DNA of 64,000 bases. Source: an uncultured Prevotellaceae bacterium (GTDB lineage: Bacteria > Bacteroidota > Bacteroidia > Bacteroidales > Bacteroidaceae). Shown one piece after another: positions 56,679 through 64,000 of the stretch. How positions within the stretch are numbered: the first letter of the stretch is position 1; every line of letters starts with the position of its first letter. The stretch is taken from the NCBI GenBank assembly GCA_902778535.1, contig CACYYG010000003.1, positions 13,345 through 77,344 of the forward strand, read 5' to 3'. Below the pieces are notes generated by a model, which was given only the letters and a program-made list of their open reading frames with translations, did not search any database and was not told the origin of the DNA. A program made the position numbers and the translations under genes.

Positions 56679-59600
56679 ATGCCCGGCTTCATAGAAACAT
56701 TCATAAGTAGAGGAGATTTCTCATTTAAGGGAATGAGAAATACTGCTATTGCACTACTTCCGAGAAGCAGGATGGAGCGCGACAAGCTCTATAATGACTT
56801 GAAACGAGGTATAGGCATACTAGATGACGATGATCACTTGAATATGTATCTAAATAGTTTTGGCAAAATGCACAAAGCAAAACTTGATACAGCATTCAAT
56901 TGTATTCAAAACCCCTCTGAGCTATTCAGAAATCCTGTAGATGTATATGATTGGGGATGCGGACAAGGTACTGCTACAATTTGCCTTCTTGATTTTTTAA
57001 AGGAAAAATCAATTAACGCTAACATCAGGTCAATAAACCTTATTGATCCTTCTTTGGCGGCTGTTGAAAGGGCAACAGATGTTATCGGATGCTACAGTGA
57101 CTACCAAATTAACCAAGTCACAAAGGTATTTGATGATTTACAATCAGAAGATCTTTCACATTCTGAAAATCTAAAAATACATCTATTCAGTAACATTCTC
57201 GACGTATACATGTTCGACCTTGCACAATTCATCCATCTTTTTCAAGAATCGTTCAAGGGCGACAACTATTTCATTTGTGTTGGACCGTACTATGCAAACA
57301 ATAACCGTGTAGATGAGTTTATTGCCGCAACCGACCCTGACACCATGTTTGCAATAGCGAATAGGGAAAGAGGAAAGTGGTTGAATGAATGGACTATATC
57401 ATTAAGAGTATTCTGCAAAACATTTGCTCAGACAGAAACTGTTCAGAATATTAGAAAGCGTATCGAGGAATCTCAAAAGAAACAACAATTTTTTGCTGGC
57501 TATATCCTGGACGCAGTTGCTGAAGAATATAAAGGCACCGACATAGAAGAGATTACTGAGGAACTGTTTAACTCTCTTTCGGCCTTTGACGTTAAATCGA
57601 ATTTGCCACTTGATACGAATAGTGAATGTAACTCAAAACTTGCTATTATAGCAAACATAATATCAAGAGGCTTACCAACTAAAGCCCCAATATATTTAGA
57701 AAATCTTTTTTCAGAAATCTATGGTATTTCGAAGAAACCCGAGGAAGGATCTATTTTAGAATTTCCATCTACCCACAAGATCAATGCAACAAATATTAAT
57801 GATGCATTGCATATAATAGACCCACGCTTTGATGTAGAAACGTATGATGGTGATATGCTGGAAAGTAGTTTCGAAAAATCATTTATCGAAAACTACCTCA
57901 AAAACTCAGATAGTCAATATCTGATTCAATTATTGGAACCGCAGCGTCCACTTTCTACCATTGTGGATATTCCTGACCGAAAGTTTAGCAAAGACCAAAG
58001 GGTTGACTTTGCTTTAGAAATACCCTATGGGGATTCGGATACTGGCTTTATCATAGAAGTAGATGGTAGACACTATCATTCTAATATTTTCCAACGCTTA
58101 AGAGATGAGCGAAGAGATCGGATGTCTTTAAATAGAGGTTGGGACACTTACCGTATCGACCAGATACAAAATACCGCGTTCATAGATAATTGGGAAAAAG
58201 AAGCGTCAACCTCTCAATATCTGTCTAAGATAAAGACAAATAACTCCAAGTCAATAACTGGTGCTTGGAAAGACACCTTACAAATTGTCTTGGCGCCTAT
58301 TGCTATAGCGCGAATAGAAAGAATGCTTGTTGAAGCAATGATGTCAGGTGCTTTAGATCTAAATTCTGAAACATGGAATATCGTAGTGGTTGAAAGAGAC
58401 GTACCTTGTGCAGCCATTGCTTTATATGACCTCCAAGAAAGGTATAACATGCTTAGCGGTCTTGCTGGTGACTTTGACAAACTGCCACGGATTAACCTAT
58501 CCATTGTCTCTACAAACGAGTTTTGTGATTCAAAGTTGCACTTGGATTTTAAGGCATCAACAGACATGCCAAAGGCACATTTTGACCTGTGCATTGATAT
58601 TTCCATGCTGCTTCGAGACAATATAGATGCACTACCTTTGCATATAGATGCAGACGCTTTTTATCTTGTGCGTTCATCTCACTACAAGAAACGCGAAAGA
58701 ATTATCTGTTCAGCAGAGAACATACAGTATCCTGCTCTTGTTACAAGAGATGAAGCAGGAGCCTACAAGAATATAAAAGAACGTGAAGGCTTCCTAACAT
58801 ATTTTCTTCGTGATATATTCCGTAAGCCTTCATTTAGGCCTGGTCAACTCCCAATACTTAGCCATGCACTTGCAGATAAGACAACAATTGGTTTACTTCC
58901 TACAGGAGGTGGAAAATCTCTGACTTACCAGTTATCATGTATCTTGCAACCTGGCGTTTCCATCATTGTGGACCCATTGGTTTCTCTGATGGTAGACCAA
59001 GTAAGAGGGCTGCAAGATATTCGCATAGATGCTTGTGGTTGTGTACATAGTGGCATGAATGGGATGGAGAAAGCGAAAAAGCTAAACCTTTTACAGAAAG
59101 GGGCTGCCTTCTTGATGCTTCTGTCGCCAGAGCGCTTTATGATGGAAAACTTTAGGGATAGCCTTTTAACTATGACTGAAAAGAACCATATCTATTTCTC
59201 CTATGGAGTAATAGATGAAGTCCATTGCGTTTCAGAATGGGGGCATGATTTCCGAACATCATACCTACATTTAGGACGAAATATGATTAACTTCATGCAC
59301 ACTAAATCTGAAAGGCCTCTTTCAGTTATAGGCTTGACAGCTACTGCTTCCTTCGACGTTCTTGCAGACGTAGAAAGAGAGTTAACACTTGGGGGAAATC
59401 TGGCTATAGATAGCGAAGCTGTTGTTAGACCCGAAAATGATGCAAGGCCCGAGCTGACATATCGCATTATTAATATACATGCAGACTACGAGACCTTAAG
59501 GGATTCTACAGAGCCATATATACTTAACATAAATAATGACTGGGACCTAAAAGATGTAGTTGCAGAAGCAAAGAAAAAGGAATTGGAACAAATCTTCAAA

Positions 59601-61886
59601 ATTGTTCCTGAAGATATTGACTCTCTCAATTCGACTAATGAGTCTTGCAGGGTGCCAAATTACGCTTCATCAGCTTTCTTCACTCCTACAAGTCAGCATA
59701 AATACACAAATGCCGGCATTGTTTTCTGCCCTCATGCAAGAGGAACATTTGGTGTTCAAACAAATGAATGGGGTACGAGAATTGGCATCTCAGAAACTCT
59801 TTCAGAAGAAAATGATTTCTTGAAGGTCGGAAAATTCGTAGGTGGTGACAAACCATCTGGAGACATGAAATCCTTTAACGAAAACGACCAGAATTTGATG
59901 GTTGCCACAAAAGCCTTTGGAATGGGTATTGACAAACCCAATATTCGATATACAGTTCATATCAACCATCCTGCTTCTATAGAAAGTTACGTACAAGAGG
60001 CAGGCCGTGGTGGACGTGATAGAAAAAATGCCATTTCATATGTGCTTTTCGAAAATACAGAATATGTCCATTTTACTGTTGACAAGATAAACGACATACG
60101 TTATTATATGGGGGCTGCTGACCCAGTCTGGCTAGAGAGATACATTAACAAATTTGTTTTACTGAACGATATTCCTGAATTGTGTGCAAGAAACGGAGCA
60201 AATGCGGAACAAACGACATCGCTCATCAATATATTACATACATATAATTATCTTGAGAATGTTGACAAGAATATCGACCTGTGGTTTCATAACGAATCAT
60301 TCCGAGGACTTTTCAAAGAAAAAGTGATTCTGACTGAAATGACAGACCGCATTTTGAATGTCAAGCCTTCATATATATTAGAAGTTCAAGGTATGCTTCG
60401 GGAACTGACAGGTAACAACGATGTTAGTCTCAGAGTTGATAGGAACCGAAACAGTGTCATTCTATTTTCTGAAGAAGACAACCACAACCAATACGGATAC
60501 TTATTCTTAGACCGATTGTATCCAATATACAGAAACGTGAATTTCGACTATGCCACTTGCCAATATGTTACTAACAGCTTAATATCAATCTTACAGAGAT
60601 ACGAAGATCATTCAGCAACTTTTCTTCTCCGTCCATTGGAAGGTGAAGACAATCTTGCTGAAGGCATTTATAGTGCGATGGCTCAAGCCGATGAAGATGG
60701 GTATGTTTATGTAACCGTTTCTTGGGAAAACCAAATTCAACAGGCCCCAGAAGATTTTGAACGTAGCATAAGAGAAGAAATAAAAAGAATTGCAGATTCA
60801 CAACAATGGCAGAATATCGATGAAGCAAGATATGGTAGACTCAACCTCAGAAAAGTTGGAGACTTTGATGAATTGATTGCCCAAATTGCTAGATGTTCAA
60901 ATGATTCACGTTGGTTAAGAAACCATGGTAACGAGCAATTGTATAGACAACTTAATCTCTGTTTTTGCAAGAAAAGAGACAAAAATGATACCGATAAGGC
61001 TATATACCGAATGTGCTGTATCGGATTGGTAGAAGACGTCACTATCGATTATTTGTCACAAACATACGAGCTTAAAATTAAAAAACGGACAGACGAAGAG
61101 TTCAGGCAATACATGCTTGATTTCTTTAGAAAGTATTATTCTCTTGAACAGGCTCAAACAAGAGTTAATCAAATAGACCAGCAAAGAGGTCGTAACTATC
61201 TCGACAAATGCCTTGGATATTTAACAGCATTTGTATATGAAAACCTAGAAAAGAAACGCTACCGTGCAATCGAAGACATGAGGATTGCTTGTGAAGATAG
61301 CATCACAGAAAGAGAGAAAACAAATAGTGACGAATGGTTGAAAGAATTTATTCACCTATATTTCAACTCTAAATACGCAAGAACGGGGTATCAGGTAAAT
61401 GGAGCCGACTATTCTCTTACTGATGACACGGATGAGAGAGGAGAAGATACTTATGATGTTGTAAAAAAATATATAGACATCATACCAAATGATGGTTCTG
61501 GAAGCGAGATTGATAATGTGAAACACCTATATGGTGCCACTTTGTTATGTCTTAGAGCGCACCCCGATAATCCCGCATTGCAACTCCTTCTAACTTACTG
61601 TATTACATTCTTAGGTGCAGGAACTAACGAGACTTTGAAAGCCAATGCCTTCAATGGTTATATGGATGGTTTTATGACACTATATAAAAAGGACAAATCT
61701 AATTTCTGGAACAACATGAGCCATTTTAATTCTTGTTTGGCTGCAAAAGTTCATAATGATGATGATTATATTAGAGAGAACATAATTGAGAAAGGTAAAG
61801 AAACGGTAACCCTATTCATTCATGAAGAGAGATTAAATGAAATTTCATCTTCATACCTTCAATTTCCTGAAGAAACCGATAATTAA
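56679..61886 (+). CDS. 1735-aa RecQ-family helicase with N-terminal SAM-MTase-like and DUF559/Vsr-like nuclease domains
   Basis: DWGCGQG (~56949); RVDFALE...IEVDGRHYH (~58000-58080); LPTGGGKS (~58895); DEVHCVSEWGHDFR (~59215); ATKAFGMGIDKPN (~59905); YVQEAGRGGRD. Confidence 0.9.
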   Translation: MPGFIETFISRGDFSFKGMRNTAIALLPRSRMERDKLYNDLKRGIGILDDDDHLNMYLNSFGKMHKAKLDTAFNCIQNPSELFRNPVDVYDWGCGQGTATICLLDFLKEKSINANIRSINLIDPSLAAVERATDVIGCYSDYQINQVTKVFDDLQSEDLSHSENLKIHLFSNILDVYMFDLAQFIHLFQESFKGDNYFICVGPYYANNNRVDEFIAATDPDTMFAIANRERGKWLNEWTISLRVFCKTFAQTETVQNIRKRIEESQKKQQFFAGYILDAVAEEYKGTDIEEITEELFNSLSAFDVKSNLPLDTNSECNSKLAIIANIISRGLPTKAPIYLENLFSEIYGISKKPEEGSILEFPSTHKINATNINDALHIIDPRFDVETYDGDMLESSFEKSFIENYLKNSDSQYLIQLLEPQRPLSTIVDIPDRKFSKDQRVDFALEIPYGDSDTGFIIEVDGRHYHSNIFQRLRDERRDRMSLNRGWDTYRIDQIQNTAFIDNWEKEASTSQYLSKIKTNNSKSITGAWKDTLQIVLAPIAIARIERMLVEAMMSGALDLNSETWNIVVVERDVPCAAIALYDLQERYNMLSGLAGDFDKLPRINLSIVSTNEFCDSKLHLDFKASTDMPKAHFDLCIDISMLLRDNIDALPLHIDADAFYLVRSSHYKKRERIICSAENIQYPALVTRDEAGAYKNIKEREGFLTYFLRDIFRKPSFRPGQLPILSHALADKTTIGLLPTGGGKSLTYQLSCILQPGVSIIVDPLVSLMVDQVRGLQDIRIDACGCVHSGMNGMEKAKKLNLLQKGAAFLMLLSPERFMMENFRDSLLTMTEKNHIYFSYGVIDEVHCVSEWGHDFRTSYLHLGRNMINFMHTKSERPLSVIGLTATASFDVLADVERELTLGGNLAIDSEAVVRPENDARPELTYRIINIHADYETLRDSTEPYILNINNDWDLKDVVAEAKKKELEQIFKIVPEDIDSLNSTNESCRVPNYASSAFFTPTSQHKYTNAGIVFCPHARGTFGVQTNEWGTRIGISETLSEENDFLKVGKFVGGDKPSGDMKSFNENDQNLMVATKAFGMGIDKPNIRYTVHINHPASIESYVQEAGRGGRDRKNAISYVLFENTEYVHFTVDKINDIRYYMGAADPVWLERYINKFVLLNDIPELCARNGANAEQTTSLINILHTYNYLENVDKNIDLWFHNESFRGLFKEKVILTEMTDRILNVKPSYILEVQGMLRELTGNNDVSLRVDRNRNSVILFSEEDNHNQYGYLFLDRLYPIYRNVNFDYATCQYVTNSLISILQRYEDHSATFLLRPLEGEDNLAEGIYSAMAQADEDGYVYVTVSWENQIQQAPEDFERSIREEIKRIADSQQWQNIDEARYGRLNLRKVGDFDELIAQIARCSNDSRWLRNHGNEQLYRQLNLCFCKKRDKNDTDKAIYRMCCIGLVEDVTIDYLSQTYELKIKKRTDEEFRQYMLDFFRKYYSLEQAQTRVNQIDQQRGRNYLDKCLGYLTAFVYENLEKKRYRAIEDMRIACEDSITEREKTNSDEWLKEFIHLYFNSKYARTGYQVNGADYSLTDDTDERGEDTYDVVKKYIDIIPNDGSGSEIDNVKHLYGATLLCLRAHPDNPALQLLLTYCITFLGAGTNETLKANAFNGYMDGFMTLYKKDKSNFWNNMSHFNSCLAAKVHNDDDYIRENIIEKGKETVTLFIHEERLNEISSSYLQFPEETDN

Positions 61887-61898
61887 AATCAATAAAAT

Positions 61899-62882
61899 AT
61901 GCCACACGACATTAATTCTGCATTAGAGAGACTTGAGCAGAATCTCGAAAATCTTGATTCTGCAAGGGAACAGGTATTAAACACTGTCAACGCCAGTAAT
62001 AAACTTACGGATATCGTTGGTATTTACGTTACTTCCGTACAAAAGTTAGTAAATAATCTTCAAGCATGGTCAGAAGATCTTTCCGCACGTGAAGCATCAT
62101 TGAAAGCAGAAACAAAATCTTCAATCGATGAAATTAAGAATTCATGCAATTTGGTTATTAACTCTTTTAGCACTAAAGCTGCTAGTCTTTCTGATAGTTT
62201 CAAAACAAAAACAGAAGAAACTATCAAATCTTTTTCGGACGAAAATACAAATCTCAAGCAAAGCATCGAGAATTTAAATGGCCTCCAAGCTAAAATACAA
62301 GCATCAGTTGAGGAGATTACTTCTATAAAAGTATCTATAGATCAAATATTGAAAGACCTAAATGATTCTCAATCTAAACAAGATGAAGACCTGAGAGTTA
62401 TCAAGGAGGATATTTCTAATTTGCCAACAACAATAAAAAATGCAGAAACTACCATTACTCAGAGTATTAGTAATACTGAAAAAACACTTTCATCTGTTTT
62501 ATCCCAAATAAAAACAGACGTTAATGCTTGCATCAACAAAGGAAATGAGATTACTAGAGATATTTCATCTTTGCAAGAAACTGCTGGCGCCATTCAATCT
62601 GCTATAGCAGATCTTTCATCTACCCAATCCCAGATAATAACCTCGGCAAAAGATGAAATCATAACCAGTATTTCAGAAAAAAGCAGTAGCTTAAATGCTA
62701 GCATTGAAAGCCTGAAGGCTACCTGTCAAACAATATCATCCTCTATTACCAATCATGCGAAAGAATTAAAGGATGAAATAGTAGCAGCAAGAAACGAATC
62801 TGCTAAAGCATCTAAAATCAACCGAATAATATTGATAATAGGAATTATTGTATTAGCCATACTTCAATTACTAATAAAGTAA
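61899..62882 (+). CDS. Coiled-coil protein with C-terminal TM anchor
   Basis: Heptad-rich S/I/L/E/K/T sequence ending RIILIIGIIVLAILQLLIK. Confidence 0.8.
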   Translation: MPHDINSALERLEQNLENLDSAREQVLNTVNASNKLTDIVGIYVTSVQKLVNNLQAWSEDLSAREASLKAETKSSIDEIKNSCNLVINSFSTKAASLSDSFKTKTEETIKSFSDENTNLKQSIENLNGLQAKIQASVEEITSIKVSIDQILKDLNDSQSKQDEDLRVIKEDISNLPTTIKNAETTITQSISNTEKTLSSVLSQIKTDVNACINKGNEITRDISSLQETAGAIQSAIADLSSTQSQIITSAKDEIITSISEKSSSLNASIESLKATCQTISSSITNHAKELKDEIVAARNESAKASKINRIILIIGIIVLAILQLLIK

Positions 62883-63008
62883 ATGCAAGAGTCGCGAAAC
62901 TCTCCTTTTGCATAAAGGCGTGAATGCATTGCTATATTCTGCAGTTTTGTTCCGATAGAATTTCTGCAAGGCTTTGTACGTCGAATAATTAGCGAATACT
63001 TTAATATG

Positions 63009-63040
63009 AAACGGCAGACCGTGAGGCCCGCCGTTTTTTA
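63009..63040 (+). terminator. Possible terminator for the right-island operon
   Basis: AAACGGC/GCCGTTT stem followed by a T-run. Confidence 0.45.
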
Positions 63041-63090
63041 TATCAAATACCAGTGATAGCCCCATTCAAGCTATCATATCATATTTGTTA

Positions 63091-64000
63091 TTATTTTTTG
63101 AACTCCATTTGTATTTCCAATATCATGTCTTTCACATCTTGGTTTACACGCTCAAAATTTGCATAAAGTATGCGCTCCCGTGCATCCACAGACGGGAATG
63201 TGTAGAACTTAGGCAGAGGATGGTTAGCGTAATCCGCTTCCTCTGCCTTTATCTCATTCATGTCAAAGTTAGTCTTGCAGTAGAATTTGGAGGTACGGAA
63301 CTCCTCCGCTTTCTGGATGTCCATTGAGCCGTTATGTCCCGTCTTGGTGACCACGAAGTCGCGTGCCACCTGTCCTGCTATCCATCCCGTAGGCATGTCC
63401 GAGATCTTTGATGCCGGAACGAGGTTGTCCATATTCTCGTTCAGGTTGATGGAAGTGCGGTCACGGTCAATGGTAATGCCCTTCTTCAGTTGCACCACCT
63501 TTCCGAAGATGTCCCCTGACAGCCACTCCAGCGTCTCTTTGGCGCGTGCTGAGCCGCTGACAACGTTACCGACGGTCGTGATAATCTTCTGCATACCCAC
63601 CTTGCCATAGTCAGCCTCCAGCTGCGGCAGCTCCTGGAATCCCAGCGCCACCGACACCTTGTTCGAGCGTGCCGTACCTATCAGGCGGTCAATCTTATAG
63701 AAGAACAGCGTCGGCAGCTCATCGACGATGATTGAGACAGGCACGTTCTTTCCCTGCCCACTGTTGACGCGGGTCACGAGGCGGTTCAGGATTAGGGCGT
63801 TGAGAGCACCGATGATGCTCTCCATCTCCGGGTCATTGGCGATAAGAAGGTAGGAAGGATGCTTCGGATCGCTGACCTTCAGGTCGAAGTCATCGCCGTC
63901 GCGGTGGAAAATCCAGTACGACTCCTTTGTGGATAGTCGTGATGTCTGTACGCGCAGGGTGCCAATCATGCCTTCCAGCTGTTCCATGGCCTTGTTCTCA
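63091..64000 (-). CDS. mobC: Type IV coupling protein (VirD4/TraG-family, Bacteroidetes MobC), 3' part only
   Basis: IIVDELPTL, TARSNKVSVALGFQELPQL; the frame is open to the window edge. Confidence 0.9.
   Translation of the reverse strand, partial: ENKAMEQLEGMIGTLRVQTSRLSTKESYWIFHRDGDDFDLKVSDPKHPSYLLIANDPEMESIIGALNALILNRLVTRVNSGQGKNVPVSIIVDELPTLFFYKIDRLIGTARSNKVSVALGFQELPQLEADYGKVGMQKIITTVGNVVSGSARAKETLEWLSGDIFGKVVQLKKGITIDRDRTSINLNENMDNLVPASKISDMPTGWIAGQVARDFVVTKTGHNGSMDIQKAEEFRTSKFYCKTNFDMNEIKAEEADYANHPLPKFYTFPSVDARERILYANFERVNQDVKDMILEIQMEFKK

Larger units (their letters stand above)
10190..64000. mobile_element. Bacteroidales conjugative element backbone (ICE or plasmid), boundaries outside the window
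   Basis: T4SS operon, coupling protein, ArdC/SSB/polyvalent leading-region genes. The left island is probably also cargo of this element. Confidence 0.88.

Overview
This window is part of a Bacteroidales (Prevotella-like) conjugative element, either an ICE or a conjugative plasmid; no integrase, relaxase or replicon is visible. A GC-rich backbone (~10.2-54 kb) carries a Bacteroidetes-type T4SS operon (two TraE-like pilins, TraF, TraG/VirB4, TraJ, K, L, M, N, O), three M23 cell-wall hydrolases, a 6594-aa N6-methyltransferase/SNF2 'polyvalent' protein, a tandem SSB and ArdC. The 3' end of the coupling protein (VirD4/MobC) is at the right edge. Two AT-rich cargo islands flank the backbone. The left island (1-~10 kb) holds a >1080-aa S1/AlbA_2(Schlafen) protein missed by the ORF track, an XRE regulator, a PLD-nuclease/Hsp70-substrate-binding-domain fusion coupled to a divergent SecA paralogue, and an unannotated 45-aa disordered peptide ending ...PSPRGHA. 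That peptide is the first gene of an operon with an E2-E1(ThiF)-degenerate JAB fusion and has no CD-NTase next to it, making it a candidate Pup-like protein-conjugation system and the best lead in the window. The right island (~54.1-63 kb) holds a structured RNA leader, two hypotheticals, a DUF1848 radical-SAM-like protein, an MTase-fold/Vsr-like/RecQ fusion and a membrane-anchored coiled coil. Also notable are a 19-bp motif placed exactly 62 bp upstream of four backbone -7 promoter boxes and an A10 slippery site that could fuse two ORFs by -1 frameshifting. All family assignments come from motif recognition by eye; no database searches were run.
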